A stretch of DNA of 33,691 nucleotides from Fimbriimonadaceae bacterium (GCA_035295605.1 DATGIR010000503.1:1-33691), one strand, 5' to 3'. Positions 7,765 through 18,028 are shown, numbered from the stretch's first letter. Notes: generated from the sequence alone by a model not told the origin. Numbers and translations are program-made.

Positions 7765-9420
7765 ATGGCGTGGGCAGTTCCGATAACATTGCTCTCGATG
7801 TCGCTCATCGCCACATCCGGAGACGGCCGCCCAGGGATCCAAGCGGCCGCGTTGCGAGACCCCAAGCCCGCGGAAGTCGACGCGATCTTTAAAGAGTTTG
7901 ATCGGCCAGGATCGCCCGGTTGTTCGATCGCGGTGGAGCACAAGGGGAAGATTCTGTTCGCAAAGGGGTACGGCTTGGCTAACCTGGAGTACTGCGTTGC
8001 CAATACTCAGGAAACCGTCTTTCATGTGGCCTCGGTATCGAAACAAGTCACCGCGTTTGCGATTCAGTTGCTGGTCGAGGATGGCCGGGTCAACCTGGAG
8101 GACGATGTTCGGAAATACGTGCCCGAGCTTCCCGATTATGGAAAAGTCATAACTCTCGCCAATTTGATGCATCACACAAGTGGAATTCGCGACCAGTGGG
8201 ATTTGCTGGGCATGGGTGCTTGGCGGATGGACGATGTGATCGTCGAGGGCGATCTTCTTCGTGCGATCTTCCGCCAAAAATCGCTTAACTTCGACCCCGG
8301 GAAACGGTTCCTATACAGCAACAGCGGCTACACCTTGCTAGGCCTGGTAGTCCAGCGCGTCACCGGCCACTCGCTCCGCAAGTTTTGCGATGATCGGCTA
8401 TTTGCCCCCCTCGGCATGAGCCAGACCCACTTCCACGACGACTACAAGGAGGTCGTCGCAAACCGGGCGGTCTCGTACTATCCTCGGGAGTCGGGTGGCT
8501 TCGAGAACTCGGTGCTGACGTTCGGCAATGTTGGCGCCACCGGCTTATTCACGACGGCATCGGACTTCGTCCGATGGACCCGGAATCTCGTTTCACCTAC
8601 GGTTGGGAGTCGTGCGCTGAGCGTCCGAATGGGGGAGACTTTGACTTTCGCGGATGGACGTCCCAACCGGTACGCGAGCGGACTGCTGACCGGGCAATAC
8701 CGAGGCCTGAGGGTATTGGAGCATCTCGGGTCGGACGCCGGCTTCCGGTCGGACTGCTTTGTGTTCCCCGATCAGGAGTTCTCGATCGTCCTGTTCTCGA
8801 ATCTTGGGACGACGGAGCCGGCGACGCTCGCACGAAGCGTCGCCGATCTCTACATGGCAGATTTGTTGGCGCCTGCCCCGAAACCGCCGGCCCCGGCGCC
8901 GGTCGACCTGAATTCGGCCAAGGAGATCGAGGGCGTCTACGAATTCGACCCCGGGCTGGTGGTTGGATTTGCCGTTCGAGAAGGGAAGTTGCGGGCACGG
9001 ATTGGTGCTGGTGAGGCCGTCGAGCCGATAGAGGTTGGGCCCGGCGAGGTACGGGTTCCGGGCGTGGGAACCTGTCACTTCACCAAGCGGGGGCGGAGTG
9101 TCGAGTGCATCCTGACGAACTCGGACGTCGTCGAGGTGGCGCGGAAATTGAAGCTGTACGATTCGAAGTCGGAGCTCGGAGAGCTCGCGGGCGAGTTCTA
9201 TAGCGAGGAGGCGGCCGGGTTCGCGCGGCTCTCGGTCGAGTCCGGAAAGCTGCACCTGGACCTGACCAAGTGGGATGACGATCTTGTCCCGCTGGCGCGG
9301 GACGTGTTCGCGGTGGGGAGCAAGATCGTACGGTTCGAGCGCTCGCGCAGCGGGAGGGTGGCCGGATTGACGCTTTCGACGCCCAGGTGCTTCGGCGTGC
9401 GCTTCAAGCGAATGGGCTAA
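7765..9420 (+). CDS. serine hydrolase, class-C beta-lactamase / PBP family, with a C-terminal extension
   Basis: SxxK motif (ASVSKQ), YxN motif (LYSNSGYTLLG), hydrophobic N-terminus. About 170 aa of extra C-terminal domain. Confidence 0.85.
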   Translation: MAWAVPITLLSMSLIATSGDGRPGIQAAALRDPKPAEVDAIFKEFDRPGSPGCSIAVEHKGKILFAKGYGLANLEYCVANTQETVFHVASVSKQVTAFAIQLLVEDGRVNLEDDVRKYVPELPDYGKVITLANLMHHTSGIRDQWDLLGMGAWRMDDVIVEGDLLRAIFRQKSLNFDPGKRFLYSNSGYTLLGLVVQRVTGHSLRKFCDDRLFAPLGMSQTHFHDDYKEVVANRAVSYYPRESGGFENSVLTFGNVGATGLFTTASDFVRWTRNLVSPTVGSRALSVRMGETLTFADGRPNRYASGLLTGQYRGLRVLEHLGSDAGFRSDCFVFPDQEFSIVLFSNLGTTEPATLARSVADLYMADLLAPAPKPPAPAPVDLNSAKEIEGVYEFDPGLVVGFAVREGKLRARIGAGEAVEPIEVGPGEVRVPGVGTCHFTKRGRSVECILTNSDVVEVARKLKLYDSKSELGELAGEFYSEEAAGFARLSVESGKLHLDLTKWDDDLVPLARDVFAVGSKIVRFERSRSGRVAGLTLSTPRCFGVRFKRMG

Positions 9421-9815
9421 TCGCTCGAGCCCGGCTCGGCAAGGTAGCGCTCAAGCGCCGAGAGGATCTCCTCCTCGGCGAAGCCGCGCGAAGCAAGAAA
9501 GCGGTAGGCGCGGGCCCGGCCCCGGTCTGAGCGTTCGAAGCGGGCCAGAAGGGGCCCCAGGTTCGGCTCTTCGGTCATTTCGATAAGGGCAAGTGCGGCC
9601 GAATCGGCCCCACGCGCTTCCAGTCGGCGCCGCAACTCGACCGCGGGGACCGCCCGTCTGCCCTGATTTGAAGCGATAGCCTGCTGGACGGCTCGAGCGT
9701 CGTCGAGGAGGCGCCGCGAGTTCAGTCGATTGAGCACGGCGTCAACGGCGGCGGGTTCGCACCGGGGTTCCAAATATGCCCGGAGCTCGGCAGTGAAGAG
9801 GTCTCTCGCCCTCAA
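9417..9815 (-). CDS. recX: recombination regulator RecX
   Basis: Directly downstream of recA. Repeated helical RecX-like segments (ELRAYL..., VLNRLNSRRLLDD, AYRFLASRGF). TTG start per the track. The frame stays open upstream with no ATG/GTG/TTG, so the exact start is uncertain. Confidence 0.75.
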   Translation of the reverse strand: MRARDLFTAELRAYLEPRCEPAAVDAVLNRLNSRRLLDDARAVQQAIASNQGRRAVPAVELRRRLEARGADSAALALIEMTEEPNLGPLLARFERSDRGRARAYRFLASRGFAEEEILSALERYLAEPGSSD

Positions 9816-9864
9816 TCGCTTGAGGGCGAGTTCATAGGCGGCGTCGAAACCGGCGGCACCTGGA

Positions 9865-10965
<1,101 letters not shown>

Positions 10966-11009
10966 GGGTATGTCTCGATTATCGCAGGCCGCTAGCCGCG
11001 TATACTTCC

Positions 11010-11034
11010 GTCTACTATAAATGAAGCAGTAGAC
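11010..11034 (-). promoter_or_regulatory. inverted repeat GTCTACT-N11-AGTAGAC in the recA promoter region (candidate operator)
   Basis: 7-bp perfect arms 45-69 nt upstream of the recA ATG. On the minus strand it overlaps a -10-like TATAGT (11019-11014). Confidence 0.3.
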
Positions 11035-11220
11035 AAATGTTCCAAGTAAAATTGCTAGGTTTGTAATTCCTCGCGATTAGACCGAATGTCGCGGATTGGG
11101 TCATGCGTCCTGGGCGTGGACGAGGCCGGACATATACTTCGGGCTGTCGTTTGGGTGCAACGCGGCACCCAGCTTTTCGCGGCCAAGTCGGCCGCGACCT
11201 ACCCAAAAAGGAGAGACAAG

Positions 11221-11790
11221 ATGGTCCAATCCTGGCGCTCTGGCGCCTTCTTGGCCGCAAACCTGCTCGGCGCTGCCGCTCTCGCGCAGCCCGTTAGCTT
11301 CTCGACAACGGAATCGGGGGTCTTCGACGAGACGACGGTGTTCGGGAGTTCCACGCTGGTGGACGCGCTCACCGTCACCGAGGTCGACCCCGGTCCAACT
11401 ACCCTGACGCTCGACTCGTCGCTTCTGGTCGCGACGCAGTCGGACCCTGGCTCGCCACTTAGCGGCACGTTCTTCCTCTATGGGAAGCAGCCGACCGACT
11501 TCCTTGAGTTCCAGTTCTCGGGAGCGACGGAAGCGAGTATCGGACAAGGAACATGGCTCACCGCCAAGTCGAATCTGGTCGGCTCCGGCGGGGCTTTGGG
11601 CCAGTACGTCTCTGGAAGCGGCGATCTCGCCGTCTTCCTGCTTCCGACAGCTTCAAGCGGGACGGAGATTACGGGAACGTCCAGCGTGATGTTCGGCGGA
11701 GGCGTTTCGCCGGCGCCCGAGCCGGCGAGCACGGCGGCGATGGTTATCGGGTTGGTCGGTGTATTGGCGCGAAGGCGCCGCAACCGATAA
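11221..11790 (+). CDS. PEP-CTERM sorting-domain protein (secreted/exosortase substrate)
   Basis: Start moved to ATG 11221 (GGAGAG 6 nt upstream). Signal peptide MVQSWRSGAFLAANLLGAAALA. C-terminus SPAPEPASTAAMVIGLVGVLARRRRNR, i.e. PEP motif + TM + Arg cluster. Confidence 0.8.
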   Translation: MVQSWRSGAFLAANLLGAAALAQPVSFSTTESGVFDETTVFGSSTLVDALTVTEVDPGPTTLTLDSSLLVATQSDPGSPLSGTFFLYGKQPTDFLEFQFSGATEASIGQGTWLTAKSNLVGSGGALGQYVSGSGDLAVFLLPTASSGTEITGTSSVMFGGGVSPAPEPASTAAMVIGLVGVLARRRRNR

Positions 11791-11855
11791 CGAAGCAGCG
11801 GGGTTCGGCAACGGGGCCGAGCCCAATTCGCACGGCTACAATCGCATGAACGCCG

Positions 11856-14273
11856 ATGCGATTCCGACTGGTACCCCTCGCGCTTCTGGTCGCGCTCGCC
11901 GCGACCGCGCCAAGTCAGGGGATCACGATTCGGATGATGGGCGGCTCTTGGCAGGGCATTCCGCCCAAGGAAGCGTCCGACTTCCGCTCGATTTCCCGAC
12001 GCGCAATCTTCGAGGAGTTCCACCGCCAGAACCCGGACGTGACGGTGGTGAATGCCGGGGGCCTTGAGATCGTCGGAGGAACCGACTCCGAGAGCGCGTT
12101 CCTGATGTCGATGGCGGGCGAGACTGCCCCGGACGTGTTCTACGTCAACTTCCGCCAGTACTACCAATACATCGATGAAGGCTTTTGCCGGCCTCTCGAC
12201 GACCTGATCGCCCGCGAACCGGGCCTGCTGGATCGGGTCAATCCGACGATCCTGAAAGTGGTGAAGAGCTACGACGGACACGTTTACGCGATCCCGTTCT
12301 TCCAGGCCGCGCAGGCGCTTTGGTACAGGCGAGACATGTTCCTGGCCGCCGGACTGGATCCTGGGAAACCGCCCCGGACCTGGGACGAGTTCTATCGCTA
12401 CGGGCAGAAGCTCGTGGAGTCCCGACCCGGGCTGAGCGGCTTCGTCTTCGGCTCCAGCCCGGACTCCGACGCTTACTGGTGGATCGACTTCCTGTGGCAG
12501 GCAGGGGGTGAGGCTGTGGTCCCGAGCGCGGCTGGCCCGTGGCGGTCGGCGATCGACTCGCCCCAGGGTGCGATGGCCCTCGACTTCTACCGGAAGCTCG
12601 TGAAGGATACGTGGGTCGGGGAGGACGGAAAGACGTACGGCCCGGTCGCCACGCTCACGCTTGACATCAATTCGACGAAGCGGGCGGACAAGGTGGCGAT
12701 GTGGTTCGACTATACGAACGACCTTGTGCTGGCCAACGACGAGATCAATCCCGCGAATGTGGGGGTGGCGGCGATGCCGACGGGCCCGGGCGGGCGGCAA
12801 AACGAGATCAACGCCGGCATGTGGGCGATCAACGCGGCGGTCACCGACCCTAAGCGGCTGGATGCCTGCTGGCGCTTCATCAAGTATTTCGCGGGGGATG
12901 CGGCGGCCCGCGTCAACGTGAAGACCATGGTCGATCAAGGCTATGCCAACCTCTGCAACCCGGCGTACCTCAGGAAGTTCGGCTACACCGATGCGTTGAA
13001 ACTGGTCGACCCGCAGTACGTGAAGGCGAACGAAGAGGAGTTTCAATCCGGCCATCCGGAGCCATACGGCCGCAACTGCCAGCAGGTCTACACGGTGATG
13101 GGCGACGCACTGGACCGAGCCCGATTGGAGAGCACCCCGTCGCGGCAGATCCTCCACGACGTCGCCAAGGCGATGGACGAGAAGCTGCTCGGCTACGTGG
13201 CTCCGGGCGTGATGGCGGCGCGGCGCCAATGGGCAGTCGGCATCTTCGTGTTCGCCGTGTGCGTCGCCGCCGGGCTCGGTCCGTTTCTGTATCGCTGGGG
13301 CAGGCATCACGCCTCGCAGATCGTGGAGCGACTTCCGGCCGGAACAAACCGCGGGCGAGTCTATCGTCTGGTCAGCCTCCTTGTGGCGCCCGCGGCGTTG
13401 ACGATCTTCGTGTGGGCTTATCTCCCATTGGTGCGCGGTTTGGTGATCGCCTTCCAGGACTACCACGTGGTCGGGAAGACCTCGTGGGTGGGGCTGGACA
13501 ACTTCATCGCCGTCTTTACGTCGGCGATCTTCTACAAGTCTCTGGTCAACAGCTTCGCGTACGTGGGGCTGACGATCCTGATCGGCTTCTGCCTGCCGAT
13601 CTTGCTGGCCCTGATCCTCGACGAAATACCCGTCGGTCGAAGTTTCTATCGGACCATCTACTTCCTGCCGGCGATGACCTCGGGCCTCGTGATCGCGCTG
13701 CTGTGGAAGCAGCTCTACGATAAGGCGCCGACCGGCTTGCTCAACGAGATGTTGCTTCCCGCCATTCACGGCTTGAACCACTTGGTTAGCGCCATCGGGC
13801 TGGCGCCGATTCGGGAGACCCACGACTGGCTGGGCGATCCGAGCCTGGCGATGTTCGCGGTAGTCCTGCCCGGGATTTGGGCGGCGGCGGGGCCGGGATC
13901 GCTGCTTTACTCGGCGGCCCTCAAGAACGTGCCGCACGAGTTCTACGAGGCGGCCGATCTCGATGGAGCAAAGTGGTGGCAGAAGATATGGTCGATCACG
14001 TTGCCCGGGCTCAAGCCGCTGATACTGATCAACCTGCTCGGCGTGTTCATCGGAAGCTTCAAGTCGTTCGACAACATCTTCGCCCTAACAATGGGCGGAC
14101 CGCTGAACGCGACCCATACGATGGGATTGGAGATTTGGCAGAACGCGTTCATGTTCCTGAAGTTCGGCTACGCCACCGCGGCGGCTTGGGTGATGGGGGC
14201 GATGCTCGCGGGGTTCACGCTGATCCAGGTTCGGTCGCTGCTGCGGATGCGGTTCACCACAGCGCGGGTTTAG
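11856..14273 (+). CDS. fused ABC sugar-type solute-binding protein (N) and MalF/UgpA-like permease (C)
   Basis: Single 805-aa ORF. The N-terminus has a signal peptide and a family-1 SBP-like ~440 aa. An extra TM follows (WAVGIFVFAVCVAAGLGPFLY, nt 13230-13292). Then a 6-TM permease with the EAA loop EAADLDGAKWWQKIWSITLPGLKP. Confidence 0.85.
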   Translation: MRFRLVPLALLVALAATAPSQGITIRMMGGSWQGIPPKEASDFRSISRRAIFEEFHRQNPDVTVVNAGGLEIVGGTDSESAFLMSMAGETAPDVFYVNFRQYYQYIDEGFCRPLDDLIAREPGLLDRVNPTILKVVKSYDGHVYAIPFFQAAQALWYRRDMFLAAGLDPGKPPRTWDEFYRYGQKLVESRPGLSGFVFGSSPDSDAYWWIDFLWQAGGEAVVPSAAGPWRSAIDSPQGAMALDFYRKLVKDTWVGEDGKTYGPVATLTLDINSTKRADKVAMWFDYTNDLVLANDEINPANVGVAAMPTGPGGRQNEINAGMWAINAAVTDPKRLDACWRFIKYFAGDAAARVNVKTMVDQGYANLCNPAYLRKFGYTDALKLVDPQYVKANEEEFQSGHPEPYGRNCQQVYTVMGDALDRARLESTPSRQILHDVAKAMDEKLLGYVAPGVMAARRQWAVGIFVFAVCVAAGLGPFLYRWGRHHASQIVERLPAGTNRGRVYRLVSLLVAPAALTIFVWAYLPLVRGLVIAFQDYHVVGKTSWVGLDNFIAVFTSAIFYKSLVNSFAYVGLTILIGFCLPILLALILDEIPVGRSFYRTIYFLPAMTSGLVIALLWKQLYDKAPTGLLNEMLLPAIHGLNHLVSAIGLAPIRETHDWLGDPSLAMFAVVLPGIWAAAGPGSLLYSAALKNVPHEFYEAADLDGAKWWQKIWSITLPGLKPLILINLLGVFIGSFKSFDNIFALTMGGPLNATHTMGLEIWQNAFMFLKFGYATAAAWVMGAMLAGFTLIQVRSLLRMRFTTARV

Positions 14274-15844
14274 GTGGGAACGTTCAGCTCGACGTCCGGC
14301 CAGGCAGTCTCGATGCCTTGGGCGTGAACCAGGCGCTGGAAATCGAGCCAAAGCGACTCGGTCTCGTACACCTCGGCGGGTTCGACTTTATGCGTTACGC
14401 AAAACGCGGCGAGGAGCCCGGCTGCCTCACCAACATTCCATTCGACCGGGTGCAGCCGGTAGCAGCCATTCGTGATATGCGTCACCCCCAGGTTCTTGCA
14501 CGCGGGGAGCAGGTTGCGGATCCGGACCGGGATGAGGGCGCCAAGAGGAATCTGGAACGGGAGCGCGGGGATGTCGATGTAGCCGTGTCCGTTGGCGGAG
14601 GGGTGGAGGTCGATGCGGTAGTAGCCGACCCCGACCGACTTCGGCATCTCCGGGGCGCGGTCACGCCCGGGGTTGAGGTCGGCCGCGACCATTGGCTCGG
14701 TGACGGTAAGGCGGGTGACCATCCGGCGAGATTCGCGATGGTAGGGGGCAACCGCAAACCCGTCCGCCGCTTCACTCACCGAGCCCCGCGGTGTGAGCTC
14801 CGGATATCCGAGGCCACCATCGTGGCGCGGGGCCCCCGTCTGGAGCCAATAGAGAAGGCTCAGACCGAGGGATTTGGATTCCGCGAGCCGCTTTGACTTG
14901 ACGCTGTCGGGGACGTCGATCACCGAGCCGCCGAAGTAGTCGTTTTGCGGCCAGTTCACGCATGTCACCGGCTCGGCTCGGGCAGCAGCGGGAAGGAGGC
15001 TCGGATCGACGATCTGGCGATAGGTGAAGAGCGTTGCCCGGTCTTCGGGATTTGCTCCTATGAGCGGGAGCTCGCGCGGTTGACCCGTGACCGGATTCGG
15101 GAACACGAGGCTCAGCAGGGGGCCCGGCCACCCAGGCGGTATATACGCTTTCCACCGCTCGAAGTCGGCCGGCCGCGCAATCCGATGGTCGCCGCCCCGA
15201 TCGAAGCCAAGGGCGAAGCACCAAGTGAATCCCTGGACGTTTTCAGGCTCGGGCAAATCGGTGGCGTGCGGCTCACTGTGCTCGACGCGTGACTCCGAGC
15301 CGGTGCGATACTCTGCGCCGGCGAGGGGAAGCACTTCGCCCAACTCCGTCGCATCCAGGAAGTAGTGGGCATGAACTTCCTCCCGCCGACCCTCGGTTTC
15401 GATCGTTATCGACGTGAGGGTGTCGCCCCGCACGTTGGCCGCTGCCGGTTCGGTCGACAAGCGCACGTCCAGCGTGCCCGTGCCGCGCGCTTCACTAAGC
15501 AGGGAGTTCAACGCGGCAAGGCCGGTTGCCGGCGTATGACACAGGCGGCTAACCCAGCCGCCGCCCGGATTCAGGAACTTGATTGAGCGCGCTTCAGGGG
15601 TGGCTGCCTTGCCGAAGACAGCTCGAACCTTTTCGCGATAGGCACGATAGCGGGCCGTGCAGCCAAACTCCTCGATCCACGGATGCTCGTCGGGCGGCAC
15701 CATCTGAGCGGTGAGCTGCCCACCCAGCATCGTCGTGGGCTCCGTCAGGATCACCCGCATCCCGAGCGAGCAGGCCGCCATCGCGGCGGCGCAGCCGCCG
15801 GCGCCGCCGCCGACGATGAGGACGTCGCACTCGAGGTCGGCCAT
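14270..15844 (-). CDS. FAD-dependent oxidoreductase
   Basis: N-terminal dinucleotide fold DVLIVGGGAGGCAAAMAA. 524 aa. Convergent with the SBP-permease gene, with overlapping stops. Confidence 0.8.
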   Translation of the reverse strand: MADLECDVLIVGGGAGGCAAAMAACSLGMRVILTEPTTMLGGQLTAQMVPPDEHPWIEEFGCTARYRAYREKVRAVFGKAATPEARSIKFLNPGGGWVSRLCHTPATGLAALNSLLSEARGTGTLDVRLSTEPAAANVRGDTLTSITIETEGRREEVHAHYFLDATELGEVLPLAGAEYRTGSESRVEHSEPHATDLPEPENVQGFTWCFALGFDRGGDHRIARPADFERWKAYIPPGWPGPLLSLVFPNPVTGQPRELPLIGANPEDRATLFTYRQIVDPSLLPAAARAEPVTCVNWPQNDYFGGSVIDVPDSVKSKRLAESKSLGLSLLYWLQTGAPRHDGGLGYPELTPRGSVSEAADGFAVAPYHRESRRMVTRLTVTEPMVAADLNPGRDRAPEMPKSVGVGYYRIDLHPSANGHGYIDIPALPFQIPLGALIPVRIRNLLPACKNLGVTHITNGCYRLHPVEWNVGEAAGLLAAFCVTHKVEPAEVYETESLWLDFQRLVHAQGIETAWPDVELNVPT

Positions 15845-15896
15845 GCGGAGACTCTACCGAAGCAGGCTTGGCGGGTTCACCACGTAGAATCAATCG

Positions 15897-16178
15897 ATGG
15901 CTATCGATTCTCGCGCCTTCGAGCGGGTCGCCAAGGCTCTCGCCGAACCAACCCGGGTGGAGATGCTCAAGCTCATCTCAGCGCGGCCCGGGATAACGTG
16001 CGGGGAGATCGTGACCGCGGTCAGCGTGGGGCAGTCCACGGTGTCGCACCACCTCAAGGAGCTTGTGGAGGCGGAATTGATTACGGGAGAGAAGGACGGC
16101 CAGTGCATGCGCCTGCAATCCAACCCGGAGACGCTCCGCTCGTTTCTCGAGTCGCTCGACCCGCTTGCCCGAAGCTAG
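15897..16178 (+). CDS. ArsR/SmtB-family transcriptional regulator
   Basis: 93 aa. ALAEPTRVEMLKLI and winged HTH ITCGEIVTAVSVGQSTVSHHLKELVEAELI. A -10-like TAGAAT at 15885-15890 sits just before the ATG. Confidence 0.85.
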   Translation: MAIDSRAFERVAKALAEPTRVEMLKLISARPGITCGEIVTAVSVGQSTVSHHLKELVEAELITGEKDGQCMRLQSNPETLRSFLESLDPLARS

Positions 16179-16203
16179 CGGTCCCGAAGGACTTGCTAAC
16201 GCT

Positions 16204-16236
16204 TCGATTATATCGATGTATATCAATATATCGATC
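16204..16236. promoter_or_regulatory. AT-rich ATCGAT-repeat island between arsR and the SDR gene (candidate operator/promoter)
   Basis: TCGATTATATCGATGTATATCAATATATCGATC. ATATCGAT is repeated at 16210-16217 and 16228-16235 with imperfect dyad symmetry, about 25-55 nt upstream of the SDR ATG. This is a sharp AT island in a GC-rich window. Confidence 0.3.
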
Positions 16237-16258
16237 AACAGATCGGAGGAAGAACAAG

Positions 16259-17005
16259 ATGGCTCAATTGAATGACAGGATTGCGGTGGTCACGGGTGGC
16301 TCACGCGGAATCGGCGCAGCGATCGCGCGAAGACTTGGTAAAGAGGGGGCGACGGTGGTCGTGAACTACGCGCAGAGCGGCGAGGCGGCGAAGCGGATCG
16401 TAGACGAAATCAGGGCGATTGGTGGCAAGGCGGAGGCGATTCAGGCCGACGTAAGCAAGCCGGAGGACGTGACCCGCCTGATCGATCAAGTAGTGGAAGG
16501 ACACGGACGGATCGACATCCTCGTCAACAACGCGGGCGTAGCCGAGTTCGGCGCGCTCGAGGCGGTGAACGAGGATCACATCACCCGGCAGTTCGGAGTG
16601 AACGTCACCGGGCTCCTCCTGACCACAAAGGCCGCCGCGGCTCACTTTCCGGAGTCAGGGGGGAGCGTGGTCAACATCAGCTCGGTCGTGGGTGTGCGCC
16701 CCATGCCGAACGCTTCGGCTTACTCGGCAACCAAAGCGGCAGTCGACGCGGTCAGCAAGTCACTCGCCCGAGAGCTCGGTCCGCGCAGAATTCGCGTGAA
16801 TTCGGTTTCACCGGGACCGGTTGAGACCGACATGCTCAATCAGGCCGCGGATGAAGCGACCCGAAGCTACTTCCTGTCGCTGGTACCCCTCGGCCGGCTC
16901 GGTCAGCCGGAGGACATTGCGAACACGGTGGCATTCATCGCCTCGGACGAGGCGAGCTGGATCACCGGCCAGACCCTGGGCGTCGACGGCGGCATCCAGG
17001 GCTAA
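16259..17005 (+). CDS. short-chain dehydrogenase/reductase (FabG-like)
   Basis: Start at ATG 16259 with GGAGGA at 16245-16250. TGGSRGIG, NNAG and YSATK catalytic motifs. The upstream part of track ORF 15683..17005 is a spurious extension. Confidence 0.9.
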   Translation: MAQLNDRIAVVTGGSRGIGAAIARRLGKEGATVVVNYAQSGEAAKRIVDEIRAIGGKAEAIQADVSKPEDVTRLIDQVVEGHGRIDILVNNAGVAEFGALEAVNEDHITRQFGVNVTGLLLTTKAAAAHFPESGGSVVNISSVVGVRPMPNASAYSATKAAVDAVSKSLARELGPRRIRVNSVSPGPVETDMLNQAADEATRSYFLSLVPLGRLGQPEDIANTVAFIASDEASWITGQTLGVDGGIQG

Positions 17006-17020
17006 CCATCGACTTCCGCT

Positions 17021-17046
17021 GGTTCCCGACCGGGGCGTCGGGAACC
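17021..17046 (+). terminator. GC-rich hairpin after the SDR gene (terminator-like, no U tract)
   Basis: GGTTCCCGAC-cggggc-GTCGGGAACC, a perfect 10-bp stem, 16 nt after the stop at 17005. Confidence 0.4.
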
Positions 17047-17077
17047 ACGCGGGCCCCTCACCGGTATAACCGGGAAG

Positions 17078-18028
17078 ATGAATGTCGCCGAAATACACGG
17101 TCTGACCGTGCGATACGGGGCATTCACCGCCCTCAACAACCTGAGCGTCAGCATCCCCGAGGGTTGTATCGGCCTTCTTGGTCCGAACGGCGCGGGCAAG
17201 ACGACCCTCCTCAAAACGATCCTCGGCTTCGTTGACCCGGCAGCCGGCGGCGGCAAAGTGCTCGGGTTCGATATCGCCACCCAAGGCAAGCAAATCCGGC
17301 AACAAATCGGCCTGATGCCCGAGCAAGATTGCCACATTCCCGGCATGACCGCGGTGACGTTCGTGGCGTACGCGGGCGAGCTGGCGGGGATGCCCAAGGA
17401 GCACGCGCTGCGCCGCGCCCACGAGGTCCTCGAATACTGCGGCCTCGGCGAAGCCCGCTACCGAAACGTCGAAACCTATTCGACGGGCATGAAGCAGCGG
17501 ATCAAATTTGCCCAGGCACTCGTACATGGCCCCAAGCTGCTCCTCCTCGACGAGCCGACGAACGGCCTCGACCCCCGGGGTCGGGACGAGATGCTCGACC
17601 TCGTGCGATCCGTGAGCCATGGAAAGGGCGTCAACGTCATCGTCTCGTCCCACCTTTTGCCCGATATCGAGCGGACGTGCGACGAGGTCGTGCTCGTCAT
17701 GAACGGGCAGCTTCGGGCGAGCGGCTTGATTAGCGAGCTCAAGAAGATTGAGGGGCACCCGTACGATGTGGAGCTGCGCGAACCGTGCCCGGGGTTTGCG
17801 GATATCGCGGTGAAGAACGGCGGCGAATTGCTCGACTCGCGATCGAACACTTACCGAATCATCGCACCAGGGGTGCGCGAGGACGCGGTCAAGTTCTTGC
17901 TCAAATGCGCGAACGAGGCGAAAGTGCAGGTGCGCGGCCTGATCCCCGCAGAGCGGTCCCTCGAAGACGTATTTCTGAACGCCATATCTGACAAGCCTAC
18001 GTTCGATATTCCGGGAGCCGAGAAATGA
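17078..18028 (+). CDS. ABC-2-type transporter ATP-binding protein 1
   Basis: GPNGAGKTT, YSTGMKQRIKFAQAL, LLLLDEPTNGLD. About 90 aa of C-terminal extension. Confidence 0.9.
   Translation: MNVAEIHGLTVRYGAFTALNNLSVSIPEGCIGLLGPNGAGKTTLLKTILGFVDPAAGGGKVLGFDIATQGKQIRQQIGLMPEQDCHIPGMTAVTFVAYAGELAGMPKEHALRRAHEVLEYCGLGEARYRNVETYSTGMKQRIKFAQALVHGPKLLLLDEPTNGLDPRGRDEMLDLVRSVSHGKGVNVIVSSHLLPDIERTCDEVVLVMNGQLRASGLISELKKIEGHPYDVELREPCPGFADIAVKNGGELLDSRSNTYRIIAPGVREDAVKFLLKCANEAKVQVRGLIPAERSLEDVFLNAISDKPTFDIPGAEK

Noticed and set aside
11478-13937. 819-aa minus-strand ORF, the longest in the window
   Set aside because: It is entirely antisense to the SBP-permease gene and the end of the PEP-CTERM gene. 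It is extremely Arg/His/Pro/Asp-rich and has no recognisable domain or start context. The opposite strand has strong family motifs.
13877-14896. 339-aa + strand ORF
   Set aside because: It overlaps the permease 3' end in another frame and is antisense to the FAD oxidoreductase. It is a low-complexity Arg/Gly/Asp shadow ORF.
15683-16258. N-terminal 192 codons of track ORF 15683..17005
   Set aside because: This extension runs antisense over the FAD-oxidoreductase start and across arsR in another frame. The SDR domain begins at ATG 16259, which has a GGAGGA RBS.
16808-17758. 316-aa minus-strand ORF
   Set aside because: It is antisense to ABC ATPase 1, which has Walker A, signature and Walker B motifs. 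No motifs are present in the minus frame.
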